In this document: positions 10,281-20,089 of the stretch, piece after piece | How positions within the stretch are numbered: the first letter of the stretch is position 1 | How the letters are laid out: every line of letters begins with the position of its first letter | Assembly (NCBI GenBank): GCA_947626515.1 | Contig: CANQSL010000003.1 | Coordinates: 2,028 to 66,027, forward strand | DNA length: 64,000 nt | DNA from: an uncultured Bacilli bacterium | Lineage (GTDB): Bacteria; Bacillota_I; Bacilli_A; RF39; UBA660 | Direction: 5' to 3' | Made by a program: the position numbers and the translations under genes | The notes under the pieces: model-generated | Told to the model about the DNA's origin: nothing | Seen by the model: the letters and a program-made list of their open reading frames with translations, nothing else | The model's database searches: none

Positions 10281-10903
10281 ATAGTTATCTTATCCTTTAT
10301 TTTTAAATATACACTTTCTCCTATACCACTAACATTTTTTAATTCTTCTATAGATTTGAATCCTCCATTATTTTTTCTATATTCTATTATACTTTGTGCC
10401 TTACTCGCTCCTATTCCATCTAATGTAATTAATTCTTCTATAGAAGCAGTATTTATATTTACTAAATCATTAGTATCCTGAATACAATTATTAACCTCTA
10501 TAACATTATCTTGACATACTGTATCACAACTTAATTTATTGCTTTTCTCTTTAATTTCAGTGTCATTATATACATATATTACCATTTCGCTTTTTAGTTT
10601 CTGACTTAAGTTAATATTACTTGTATTGGCTGATTTCGACAATCCTCCAGCAACATTAATAGCATCAATAACTCTATCATTTTCTTTCATCTTATATACA
10701 CCAGGTTTTTTAACACTGCCTTTAACATCTACAAAAAAAGTATTAACTTTTGTACTTTTAACCTCTTTAGTAGCAGTATTCAATACTATTTCTTCTTTAG
10801 CTTCAGTATTGTTTTCAAAATAAAAATTATAAACTAAAATAAAAGTAAATAATAATATTATTCCTCCTAAAATATATATTTTTTTATTTTTAAAAATTTT
10901 CAT
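10277..10903 (-). CDS. comEA: ComEA-family DNA-binding protein, paralogue 1
   Basis: TM anchor, then SLBB (GSVKKPGVYKMKENDRVIDAINVAGG). The C-terminal HhH reads NINTASIEELITLDGIGASKAQSIIEYRKNNGGFKSIEEL. It overlaps paralogue 2 by 4 nt. Confidence 0.85.
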   Translation of the reverse strand: MKIFKNKKIYILGGIILLFTFILVYNFYFENNTEAKEEIVLNTATKEVKSTKVNTFFVDVKGSVKKPGVYKMKENDRVIDAINVAGGLSKSANTSNINLSQKLKSEMVIYVYNDTEIKEKSNKLSCDTVCQDNVIEVNNCIQDTNDLVNINTASIEELITLDGIGASKAQSIIEYRKNNGGFKSIEELKNVSGIGESVYLKIKDKITI

Positions 10904-10953
10904 ATAATTCCTCCTTTCATTATATTTATTTTATTTTTTTTTATAATTTCCTT

Positions 10954-10988
10954 TAAAAAAAAATATTAAATTCTTTTGAATTTAATAT
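10954..10988 (-). terminator. intrinsic terminator after yebC
   Basis: Perfect 11-bp inverted repeat: ATATTAAATTC (10963-10973) and GAATTTAATAT (10978-10988) with a 4-nt loop. A T9 run follows on the minus strand. The stem is almost entirely A/T. Confidence 0.45.
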
Positions 10989-11701
10989 TAATCCTCTACA
11001 TTATGATAAATATCTGTTACATCTTCAATTTCTTCTAATAATCCATAAAGTCTTAAGAATAGTTCTTTATCTTCTCCAGTTAATTTTACTTTTTCTTTTG
11101 GATACATACCAACTTCGTCTACTTCATAATCAATATTTGGTATTAATTTTTCTAATACATCTTTGACATTATGAACATCAGTAGGATTCATTGTAATAGT
11201 GATTATTCCATCGTCACTTTCTAAATCAATAATTTCTATTCCTTCATCTAATAATTTTTCAAATACTTCTTCTTCATTATCATATTTAAATGATAATACA
11301 CCTAAGTAATCATAATTATAACTTACACTATTTGTTACGCCCAAATTCTTATTTACTTTATTAAATGCTGCTCTAATAAAACCTACTGTACGGTTTACAT
11401 TATCTGTTAAAGTTCTTATAATCAATGTACTTGCACCAGGACCAAATCCTTCATAAACTACAGTTTGATAATCTTCTCCTCCTGAGCCTTTTGCTTTTTC
11501 TATTGCTCTATTAATTATATCACTAGGTACTTGACTTTTTTTAGCTTTTTCTACTATTCTTTTTAAATTTATATTAGTATCAACTTCTGGATTGCCCTTC
11601 GCTGCTAAATATATTTCCTTAGCAAAAGTACTATATAATTTAGCTTTAGCAGCTCCAGTTTTTTGAATACTTGCCTTTCTAACTTCATATGCTCTTCCCA
11701 T
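10988..11701 (-). CDS. yebC: YebC/PmpR family DNA-binding regulatory protein
   Basis: MGRAYEVRKASIQKTGAAKAKLYS...AKKSQVPSDIINRAIEKA is canonical YebC. The track start at 11716 is a GTG that lies within the GTGAGG RBS of the ATG at 11701. Confidence 0.9.
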   Translation of the reverse strand: MGRAYEVRKASIQKTGAAKAKLYSTFAKEIYLAAKGNPEVDTNINLKRIVEKAKKSQVPSDIINRAIEKAKGSGGEDYQTVVYEGFGPGASTLIIRTLTDNVNRTVGFIRAAFNKVNKNLGVTNSVSYNYDYLGVLSFKYDNEEEVFEKLLDEGIEIIDLESDDGIITITMNPTDVHNVKDVLEKLIPNIDYEVDEVGMYPKEKVKLTGEDKELFLRLYGLLEEIEDVTDIYHNVED

Positions 11702-11767
11702 AAATTTCAACCTCACTTTAATTAATTAAACATATAATACTTTATCATATTTTAATAAATTTGTACA

Positions 11768-12799
11768 TTATTTTAAATTATATACAAAATCATTTACTAA
11801 TTTATCTTTGCATTTTAAATTATTTTTCTTTATATATCTAATTATACTCGGTATTTTATAAACTTTATAATAATATAAATTATTATGTTTTAATATATCT
11901 TCTATACTTTTTAAAACAATATCCTTTATATCTTTTTTTAAAAACTTTATCTTTAATAACTCTATTAATTTTTTATCAATATTTCTTGTTAAATATTCAT
12001 AATGTTTATATTTTTTAAAATAATAAGTAAAGCCATCTAATTTTTTAAAATATAATAAAGTATCATAATAACCCATATAATAATTATTAATGATATCTTG
12101 ATTATCAAATAATATAATAGGTCCAGTAGTCTTAGTTGGAGATATTTCATAATCAGGTTTATAAAAAAGTTTATTTTTTCCTATTCCATTTATTCTAATA
12201 GCGTAAATTTTATCACAGCCATAATTCTTTAACATATCTATAGGCAAGTTATCAGAAAATCCTCCATCTAAATAATAAGAATCATCAATTATTTTATTCA
12301 TTTTAAAAACAGGTAAATAACTACTTGCGACAATATATTCACTTAATTTTCCCGGTTTTATATCTTTAATAGTTAATTCTAATGTTTTTAAATCTTTTGT
12401 CTTTACAGTAACTAACCCATAATTTATTTTACTATTTCTTACTTTTTCTTCATCTATATTTTCATCAATAATTTCTTTATATCTATTTATATCTAATCCT
12501 TTATTTTTAATTATTTCTTTTATTTTTTCTACATTATTTTTTATCTCTGTTATATTTAATTCAAAATTTTTATATAATTCTACTAAAGATTTATCTATAC
12601 CGATCAATTCACTACTTGCACTAAACCATAGATCTTTTGCAATCTTCATATCTCCTTGTGCAATTAAAGCTGCATTTAAAGATCCAATACTAGTTCCAAC
12701 TACCATATCAAATTTTATGCCCATTTTCTTAAGAGCAATATAAGATCCTATTTCATAAGAGCCTTTTGCTCCTCCACCTTCTAAAGCTAAACCAATCAT
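11768..12799 (-). CDS. patatin-like phospholipase
   Basis: Oxyanion hole GLALEGGGAKGSYEIG, nucleophile elbow GTSIGS, and a later DGG motif. Confidence 0.85.
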   Translation of the reverse strand: MIGLALEGGGAKGSYEIGSYIALKKMGIKFDMVVGTSIGSLNAALIAQGDMKIAKDLWFSASSELIGIDKSLVELYKNFELNITEIKNNVEKIKEIIKNKGLDINRYKEIIDENIDEEKVRNSKINYGLVTVKTKDLKTLELTIKDIKPGKLSEYIVASSYLPVFKMNKIIDDSYYLDGGFSDNLPIDMLKNYGCDKIYAIRINGIGKNKLFYKPDYEISPTKTTGPIILFDNQDIINNYYMGYYDTLLYFKKLDGFTYYFKKYKHYEYLTRNIDKKLIELLKIKFLKKDIKDIVLKSIEDILKHNNLYYYKVYKIPSIIRYIKKNNLKCKDKLVNDFVYNLK

Positions 12800-12814
12800 A
12801 ATACCTCATTATAA

Positions 12815-13648
12815 TTAAAGAGCTTTTGCTCTATTCGTTTCATCTTTCACTTTAATTATATTTGCTACTTCTGACTTTAATTCATTAATATCTATGTTAT
12901 TTTTAGATAAATAATTATACAATAAATCGTTTATTTTATTTATCTTATTTAGAAAACTATTTCTAACATTACATAATAAATATTTAGTATTTTTAATGTA
13001 TTTTATTAAATCATTATATTGTTCATTTTTATTGTCAATAGCATCTTTCAATTTTAAATAAAATAAACTTAAATTACTATTTTTATACTTATCTATATTT
13101 ATACCTAAATCTTCTTTTGAAATTTCATAATTAAATATTATAAAATTATTTACTTTATTTAATAAAGATTTTTGATAAGCTAAATTTTCTCTATTTAACT
13201 TTTCAATTTCGTGTTTGTTGATAAATAATTTTTTTAATTTTTCTTTATTTCTATCTATTTGTTTAATTAATCCTGTTTCTTCTATTTTACTTGCTAAAAT
13301 TGATAAATCCATTAAATTTGATAATTTTCCATTTTTATCACTTAAATATATATCATTATATATATTTAAATCAATTAATTCTAAGATTTTTATTAATTTT
13401 GATGCATATCTCTTAAATTTTTCTTGATTATTTTTTATATTCTCTACAACATCGTCAATATTATTTAAAGATAAATTATCTATTTCAATATTTATTTTAT
13501 CTTTTATCTTTGATTTCATTTCTTCTAATGTAGACATAATATAATCAAAATATCCAAATCTTAGATATTCGTCAATAATAGATAAAACACTATCTAAATC
13601 TTCAATAGATAAAGTATTTAAAATATTATTTAATTCCTCTTTATTCAT
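12815..13648 (-). CDS. hypothetical coiled-coil protein
   Basis: 277-aa ORF packed tightly between neighbouring genes (gaps of 15 and 8 nt). Highly helical K/E/N/I-rich sequence with no recognisable motif. Confidence 0.5.
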   Translation of the reverse strand: MNKEELNNILNTLSIEDLDSVLSIIDEYLRFGYFDYIMSTLEEMKSKIKDKINIEIDNLSLNNIDDVVENIKNNQEKFKRYASKLIKILELIDLNIYNDIYLSDKNGKLSNLMDLSILASKIEETGLIKQIDRNKEKLKKLFINKHEIEKLNRENLAYQKSLLNKVNNFIIFNYEISKEDLGINIDKYKNSNLSLFYLKLKDAIDNKNEQYNDLIKYIKNTKYLLCNVRNSFLNKINKINDLLYNYLSKNNIDINELKSEVANIIKVKDETNRAKAL

Positions 13649-13656
13649 AAAATCAC

Positions 13657-15987
13657 CTAAATATTATGAGTTTTTCTTAAAATAAACTTAGAAAATTGAT
13701 TTAGTTTATCAAATATAAATAAACTACAAATAAATAATACTATAAATACTAATATAGTATCTCCGTTGACATAACTTATATTAAAGAAACTATATTGGAA
13801 AATAGCACAATATAAGAAACCTAATAATAGACATATCATTAATACACCTCTTAATAAATTATAAGGTTTACAAATATTATTCAAAAAAATAAATCCAGTT
13901 GTAGCCGTTAAAAATACTGTTAAAGTATTACATAAATCACTATCTAAGTTAAATTGTTTTTCAAACAATGCTATTATTACAACATTAAACACTACTGTTA
14001 AAGCACTAGGCAAACTTTTCAAAAATATTTTTTGTAAAAATTTACCTTTTACAAGTTCATTATTTGATTCAAGTGCAAGTATAAATGAAGGTATACCTAT
14101 AGTAAACATTGTAATTAATGTTAAATGGATTGGAATGAAAAAGTATTCTGTACTTAAATATACACAAACTAATATTAATAAAATAGTAAATATTGTTTTG
14201 CTTAAAAGCAATGCACTACTTCTTTCTATATTATTAATGCTTCGTCTACCTTCTTTTAAAATTAAAGGCAAATTATCAATTTTAGAATCCAATAGTACAA
14301 ACTGGCTCACATTTTTTGCTGCATCACTTCCATTTGCCATTGCAATTGAACAATCTGCTTCCTTTAAAGCTAAACAGTCATTTACTCCATCTCCTGTCAT
14401 TGCAACAAAATGTCCCATTTCTTTGAGTGCACATATTATTTTCTTCTTTTGCTCTGGTTTAACTCTTCCAAATATGTTATATTCATTTACAACATCTTTA
14501 ATTTCATCATCATTAACTTTAGAAAAATCAATACTTTTAATACCTTTAATTCCAGCACGTGTTGCAATTTTTGCAACTGTTTTATCATTATCTCCACTTA
14601 TTATTTTTATATCGACACCCTGACTAGCAAAGAAATCTAATGTTTCTTTTGCATTATCTTTAATCTTATCTTGGATTAAAACAAATCCTAAAGGTGTAGC
14701 TTTTTCTACATTTCCAAATTTACTTTTACTAGTAGCTAAAACCAATACCCTATAATCATCTTGATATTTTTCTATTTCTTTAACACTTTTTTCAAGTAAA
14801 TTTTCTGGACTACCTAAATAATAATTTCCTTCTTTAAAAGAAACACCACTATATTTTCTACTACTAGAAAAATTAATAGTATCTAAAACGTTATAATTTT
14901 CTTTTGTTTCAACATAATTTTTGATAGCATTAAAAGTTACACTATTATCATCTAATGCCTTTATATAATTACCAAGAATTTCTTTAATATCTTCAATATT
15001 CTCATCTTTATATGGCAATATTTCTTTTACTTCCATAATTCCTTCAGTAATAGTACCTGTTTTATCTAAACAAATCATATCTACTCTAGCTAAATTTTCT
15101 ATAGAATATAATTCTTGTACTAAAACGTTAAATCTTCTTAACCTAATTACACTTACAGCCATAGCACTACTTGTTAAAAGTACTAAACCTTCAGGAATCA
15201 TTCCAATTAATGCACTAACAGTACTCATTATTGAAGATGGAATATCAAATTTAGTTATATATAATTGATTTGCTATGAATAATATACCAACAGGTATTAA
15301 ACAAAAACTTAATATTTTTAACATCTTATCAAAAGAATTATATATTATAGAATTAATTTTCTTTATATATTTAGCTTCACTACTTATTTTAGATATATAG
15401 TTATCTTTGCCAACATGTTTAACAGAAACATAACATTTACCACTTACAATAAAAGATCCACTTAAAATTTCATCTCCAACACTTTTTAAAATTACTTTTT
15501 CTTCTCCAGTAATAAATGATTCATTTACTTCAACATTACCTTTTAAAATCACTGAGTCTGTAACTACTTGATTTCCTAAAGAATATATACATACATCATC
15601 TAAAACTAATTCTTCTCGAGATAACTCTACTTCATTTTTATCTCTTACTACCTTTATTTTTGAATCGGCAATAACATTTAATTTATCTATTGTTTTTTTA
15701 GCTAATAATTCCTCTACGATACTAATAATAGTATTAGTAAAAATTACACCTACAAATAAACAATTCTTTAATGAATAAAGAAATTGTCCACTAATTATAC
15801 CACTTATAATAACTAACCCACCTAATAAAATATTTAAAAAATTAAAATAAGTAAATGTATGTGTTTTAATAATTTCTTTTACAGTTTTTGTCTTGGGTTC
15901 ATCAATAAAATTAATTTGGTTATTTTTTATTCTTTCTTCTACTTCCTTTTTATTTAAACCGTCTAAATTCACTTCTTTTTTTTCCAT
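13657..15987 (-). CDS. cation-translocating P-type ATPase (HAD-IC superfamily)
   Basis: Phosphorylation site CLDKTGTITEG, hinge MTGDGVNDCLALKEAD, a TGE-type actuator loop (ITGEE), and roughly 8-10 TM helices. The transported ion cannot be assigned. Confidence 0.9.
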   Translation of the reverse strand: MEKKEVNLDGLNKKEVEERIKNNQINFIDEPKTKTVKEIIKTHTFTYFNFLNILLGGLVIISGIISGQFLYSLKNCLFVGVIFTNTIISIVEELLAKKTIDKLNVIADSKIKVVRDKNEVELSREELVLDDVCIYSLGNQVVTDSVILKGNVEVNESFITGEEKVILKSVGDEILSGSFIVSGKCYVSVKHVGKDNYISKISSEAKYIKKINSIIYNSFDKMLKILSFCLIPVGILFIANQLYITKFDIPSSIMSTVSALIGMIPEGLVLLTSSAMAVSVIRLRRFNVLVQELYSIENLARVDMICLDKTGTITEGIMEVKEILPYKDENIEDIKEILGNYIKALDDNSVTFNAIKNYVETKENYNVLDTINFSSSRKYSGVSFKEGNYYLGSPENLLEKSVKEIEKYQDDYRVLVLATSKSKFGNVEKATPLGFVLIQDKIKDNAKETLDFFASQGVDIKIISGDNDKTVAKIATRAGIKGIKSIDFSKVNDDEIKDVVNEYNIFGRVKPEQKKKIICALKEMGHFVAMTGDGVNDCLALKEADCSIAMANGSDAAKNVSQFVLLDSKIDNLPLILKEGRRSINNIERSSALLLSKTIFTILLILVCVYLSTEYFFIPIHLTLITMFTIGIPSFILALESNNELVKGKFLQKIFLKSLPSALTVVFNVVIIALFEKQFNLDSDLCNTLTVFLTATTGFIFLNNICKPYNLLRGVLMICLLLGFLYCAIFQYSFFNISYVNGDTILVFIVLFICSLFIFDKLNQFSKFILRKTHNI

Positions 15988-16126
15988 AAATTACCTCTTT
16001 ATTTACAATAATTATAACACCAATTATAACTAATATAAATAATTAACTAATTTATTTACACACAAAAAAGTAATATCAATATTATTTCACTTTTTATTAA
16101 AAAAACTGGTTTTATTTAACCAATTT

Positions 16127-16816
16127 TTATACTTTCATAGTAGATTTTAATCTTCTAATTACTTTTTTTTCAATTCTTGAAATATAAGATTGACTAATAC
16201 CTAACATTTCAGCAACTTCTTTTTGAGTATATTCTTCAGTATTATTTAAACCATATCTTAATTTCATTATATGCTTTTCTCTTTTATTTAAAGAATTTAA
16301 TTCCTTTTCTAAAGCTTTTTTATCTAATTTACTTTCAAATTCTTTATATACTATATCATCTTCTGTTCCTAAAATATCTTCTAAATGTAATTCATTTCCT
16401 TCTGCATCATAATTTAATGCATCTTCAAAACTTATTTCAGTTTTACGCTTTTTATTTTTTCTTAAAAACATAAGTATTTCATTTGCAATACATCTAGAAC
16501 AGTAAGTAGCTAACTTTATATTTTTATCTAATTTATATGTATTTATTCCTTTAATTAAACCTATTGAACCAATGCTGACTAAATCTTCTAAATCAACTCC
16601 AGTATTTTCATATTTTTTAGCTAAAAAAACAACTAATCTAATATTATGTTCAATAAGTTTATTTCTTGCTTCTATATCCCCTTCATTAGCTTTTGTTATA
16701 TACATAACTTCCTCTTCATTTGATAAAGGAGGAGGTAAAATATCTGTACTTCCTAAAAACAAACATATATTTTTTTTCTTAAATAGTTTTTTAATAAGTT
16801 CTATTATATTTTTCAT
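16127..16816 (-). CDS. sigE: sporulation sigma factor E (pro-sigma-E)
   Basis: LGSTDILPPPLSNEEE...NKLIEHNIRLVVFLAKKYENTGVDLEDLVSIGSIGLIKGINTY...KLATYCSRCIANEILMFLRKN closely follows the B. subtilis pro-SigE layout. The gene lies immediately downstream of spoIIGA. Confidence 0.85.
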   Translation of the reverse strand: MKNIIELIKKLFKKKNICLFLGSTDILPPPLSNEEEVMYITKANEGDIEARNKLIEHNIRLVVFLAKKYENTGVDLEDLVSIGSIGLIKGINTYKLDKNIKLATYCSRCIANEILMFLRKNKKRKTEISFEDALNYDAEGNELHLEDILGTEDDIVYKEFESKLDKKALEKELNSLNKREKHIMKLRYGLNNTEEYTQKEVAEMLGISQSYISRIEKKVIRRLKSTMKV

Positions 16817-17573
16817 TATTAAATATCCTTTCGTTTAAGATACAATCATATTCCATATTTACTTCATTAATGCCTATCAAAATATCATAATATTTAATAT
16901 TATCTATTAATATATATTCACATGTTATACATTTTAGTAATCCATTATTATTAAGAGAATGAAATGGAACATATATCACTTTTTTGCCTCTTAAGTCTAT
17001 AAATTTTTTATTAACTAATATTATCGACCGTTTAAAATACGGATCAACTAATTTATTTCCTGTATCTAAAAAACCTTCTAGATTAATAATTTTATTTTTA
17101 AATTTTATTGTTACTTGATAAATTGTATTAATTTTCTTCTTTTGTTCTAAATATTCTCTAATATATAAAAATAATATTACTGGACTAATTAATAACAATA
17201 TTATTAAATTAACATTATAACCATTTTCAATAAAAATAAAACCACTTATTTCATAACCTAAAGCATCATTAATTAAATATATACTTCCACCTAAAACTAT
17301 ACTTATTACATATAAATAAAATAGCCTATTAAAAAATTTATAATGACCAAAAGCAACTAACACCATAATAATACTAATTAATAGTTTTAATATATTTATT
17401 TCTAAAGTACTAAGTCTAATAAATAGTATAATTAAAGATATACTACCTATTAATGAAGAAATAATAATTCTATAAAATTTTGTATTTAACTTTAGTAAAA
17501 ATTTTACACCTGATAGTATATATAAATCCATTATAAAATTAATAATGAAAATTAAATCAATATATACTGTCAT
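16791..17573 (-). CDS. spoIIGA: sigma-E processing aspartic peptidase SpoIIGA
   Basis: Five N-terminal TM helices, followed by a C-terminal domain carrying the GFLDTGNKL aspartyl-protease motif. Positioned between ftsZ and sigE. Confidence 0.8.
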   Translation of the reverse strand: MTVYIDLIFIINFIMDLYILSGVKFLLKLNTKFYRIIISSLIGSISLIILFIRLSTLEINILKLLISIIMVLVAFGHYKFFNRLFYLYVISIVLGGSIYLINDALGYEISGFIFIENGYNVNLIILLLISPVILFLYIREYLEQKKKINTIYQVTIKFKNKIINLEGFLDTGNKLVDPYFKRSIILVNKKFIDLRGKKVIYVPFHSLNNNGLLKCITCEYILIDNIKYYDILIGINEVNMEYDCILNERIFNNEKYNRTY

Positions 17574-17619
17574 ACTATCACCAAAATTATTTTAAATTAT
17601 ATAATTTAAATAAATTGTC

Positions 17620-17652
17620 AAAAAAAAATATTAAATTAGTTAAATTTAATAT
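17620..17652 (-). terminator. A/T-only hairpin terminator after ftsZ, abutting the spoIIGA promoter region
   Basis: ATATTAAATT (17628-17637) pairs with AATTTAATAT (17643-17652) across a 5-nt loop. On the minus strand a T8 run follows, running directly into TTGACA. Confidence 0.35.
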
Positions 17653-17654
17653 TT

Positions 17655-18710
17655 TTAAAAATCATCTCTATCTCTTAAGAATGAAGGAATATCAAAATCA
17701 CTTTCATTTTCTTTAGAACTTCTTGTTTGAGGATTATTTTCAGTAAAATTATCTACATGTGTATCATCTTCAAATCCAGTTGCAATAACTGTAACTATTA
17801 CCTCATCATTTAAATTTTCATTAATAACTGCACCAAATATAATATTAATATCAGTATTTGCACTTTGTCTTACTATTTCTGCTGCATCTTCAGCCTCAAA
17901 CAATGTCAAAGAATTACCACCCGTAACATTTATTATTGCATCTGTTGCACCACTTATACTAGTTTCCAATAATGGACTAGATACAGCTTGTTTAGCAGCC
18001 TCTATAGCTCTATTTTCTCCAACTCCTAAACCTATACCAATAAGAGCATTACCACGTTTTTCCATAACTGCTTTAACATCTGCAAAATCCAAGTTTACTA
18101 AACCAGATACAGCAATCAAATCACTTATAGATTGTACACCTCTATGAAGTACATTATCTACTTCTTTAAATGCTTCAAGCATTGGCGTAGATTTATCAAT
18201 AATATCTCTTAATCTATCATTAGGTATAACAATTAATGTATCTACATGTTTTTTTAACTCATCTATACCAAGTATAGCTTGTTCCATTCTCCTTTTTCCT
18301 TCAAATCTAAAAGGCTTAGTTACTATACCGACAGTTAGAGCTCCTAAATTTTGTGCTATTTCTGCAATAACAGGCGCAGCACCAGTACCAGTTCCTCCAC
18401 CCATTCCACAAGTAACAAATACCATATCAGCTCCTTTAAGAGCTTCAGTTATTTCATTTTTACTCTCTAATGCAGCTTCGCGTCCTACTTCAGGGTTTGC
18501 CCCTGCACCTAATCCATTGGTAATATCTTTACCAATTTGTAATTTGTTTTCCGATTTTGATGAATTTAAAACTTGCAAATCTGTGTTAGCAACAATAAAT
18601 TCTACACCCTTAACTCCTGATTCAATCATTCTGTTAACAGCATTACATCCACCGCCACCAACTCCAATAACTTTAATTTTAGCTATCTGATCCATTTGTA
18701 AATCTAACAT
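17655..18710 (-). CDS. ftsZ: cell division protein FtsZ
   Basis: [17 protein letters not shown] plus the tubulin signature [15 protein letters not shown]. The C-terminal DIPSFLR peptide is present. Confidence 0.97.
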   Translation of the reverse strand: MLDLQMDQIAKIKVIGVGGGGCNAVNRMIESGVKGVEFIVANTDLQVLNSSKSENKLQIGKDITNGLGAGANPEVGREAALESKNEITEALKGADMVFVTCGMGGGTGTGAAPVIAEIAQNLGALTVGIVTKPFRFEGKRRMEQAILGIDELKKHVDTLIVIPNDRLRDIIDKSTPMLEAFKEVDNVLHRGVQSISDLIAVSGLVNLDFADVKAVMEKRGNALIGIGLGVGENRAIEAAKQAVSSPLLETSISGATDAIINVTGGNSLTLFEAEDAAEIVRQSANTDINIIFGAVINENLNDEVIVTVIATGFEDDTHVDNFTENNPQTRSSKENESDFDIPSFLRDRDDF

Positions 18711-18724
18711 ATTCCCACTCTCCC

Positions 18725-19966
18725 TTAATTATCAAAAAAATATCCAAATACTTTTCCTAAAATAGAATCACTAGCAACATTTATTCTTCTTTCAGTAGAA
18801 CATAATGTTTCTATTTCATCTTCATTAAATATTGAATAATCTCTATCTTTCATGTTTAATTTATTATTAAAATTTTTAATCATTCCAACAGCTGTTGAAA
18901 ACTTATTATCTCTTGCTCCTATAATATTGACATTACCAAAAGTAACATTTTTACCAAATATACTCTCTGCAAGTATATTAAAATCTTTGATTTCTGTCAA
19001 TCCTCCTGTTATTATTATATAACTAATTTCTTTCTTTGTTAAGTAATTAATTTGTTTTTTTGCTTCTTTTAATATAGATTCCATCCTAGCATTTATAACT
19101 TCCGTTAATTCATATTGATTAATTTCTACTTTTTCGCCAAGTTTATTTATTAATGAAGTTACCTCTTTTGGATTGGCATAATCTTTTGAAGCTAATCCAT
19201 ATCTTTCTTTTAACTTCTTACTATCTATAGCTTTAGTTTTATACATGAATGATATATCGTAATCAACACTGTCTCCCGCTTTATCAAAAACATATTCATT
19301 TGTTAAAATACCTTTTGAAAAAGAAGATACTGTTGTTTTACCTGCACCCAAATTAATTATTATTCCATTATTTTCCTTTAAAAATTCATTATTAAATAAA
19401 GCATAGTCTGCAATACTACCCAACATTATATCTATAACTTCTACATTGCATTTTTCTATAGCTTTAATAAAATCATATGTATTTCTTTTTGGAGCACTTA
19501 CGATAATACTATTTAATTTTAATTTTTCTCCTTCCATACCTAAAGGATTTAAAACTTTTTTATCATCAAGTTCATAATCAATTGGTATAACATTAATTAA
19601 TTCATAATTTTCATCTATTCTATTATAGACGTTAGTTTGTAATATTCTTGATATATCACTCTTAGTAACTACTTTATCTTCATTTGTAATTGTATTTACT
19701 CCTTCTCCTTGAGTAAATTTCAATTTATATTCAGGAACTGATGCAACTACTTTCTTTATACTTATACCAAGTAAGTTTTCAGCTTTTTTAAGAACTTTTT
19801 TTATAGAATATACTACATCTTCAAAATTTTCTATTAACCCTTTTTTTACTCCCCTAGTATCTTCAGTAACCGCACATAAAACATTTATTTTATCTTTAAT
19901 AATTTCTGCGACTACTAATTTTATAGAATCTGTACCGATATCCATACTACTAAGTATTCTTCTCAA
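18725..19966 (-). CDS. ftsA: cell division protein FtsA
   Basis: Actin-fold motifs ([34 protein letters not shown]). Lies directly upstream of ftsZ. The TTG start at 19966 has an AGGAG RBS 8 nt upstream. Confidence 0.9.
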   Translation of the reverse strand: MRRILSSMDIGTDSIKLVVAEIIKDKINVLCAVTEDTRGVKKGLIENFEDVVYSIKKVLKKAENLLGISIKKVVASVPEYKLKFTQGEGVNTITNEDKVVTKSDISRILQTNVYNRIDENYELINVIPIDYELDDKKVLNPLGMEGEKLKLNSIIVSAPKRNTYDFIKAIEKCNVEVIDIMLGSIADYALFNNEFLKENNGIIINLGAGKTTVSSFSKGILTNEYVFDKAGDSVDYDISFMYKTKAIDSKKLKERYGLASKDYANPKEVTSLINKLGEKVEINQYELTEVINARMESILKEAKKQINYLTKKEISYIIITGGLTEIKDFNILAESIFGKNVTFGNVNIIGARDNKFSTAVGMIKNFNNKLNMKDRDYSIFNEDEIETLCSTERRINVASDSILGKVFGYFFDN

Positions 19967-20025
19967 TTGGCATCACTCCTACAATATAAGTTCATTATAC
20001 TATAATTTTATTTTATAAACAACTA

Positions 20026-20052
20026 TAAAAAAATAGTAATCTCTTACTATTT
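20026..20052 (-). terminator. intrinsic terminator after the surface-protein gene
   Basis: AAATAGTAA (20031-20039) pairs with TTACTATTT (20044-20052) across a TCTC loop. A T-run follows on the minus strand. Confidence 0.5.
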
Positions 20053-20089
20053 ATATTCTTTCAATTTATAATTAATAATTATTCTAAGA

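Noticed and set aside
11768-13648. Patatin-like lipase plus adjacent unknown protein as a CBASS-like defence pair
   Set aside because: The neighbouring 277-aa protein is a plain coiled coil without nucleotidyltransferase (GS...DxD) motifs. The surrounding genes are housekeeping. No cyclase or sensor gene is present.
14135-14640. Plus-strand ORFs of 162 aa and 76 aa inside the P-type ATPase gene
   Set aside because: They are fully antisense to a gene with unmistakable P-type ATPase motifs. Their products are L/S/I/F-rich low-complexity strings, as expected from the reverse frame of AT-rich coding DNA. There is no RBS.
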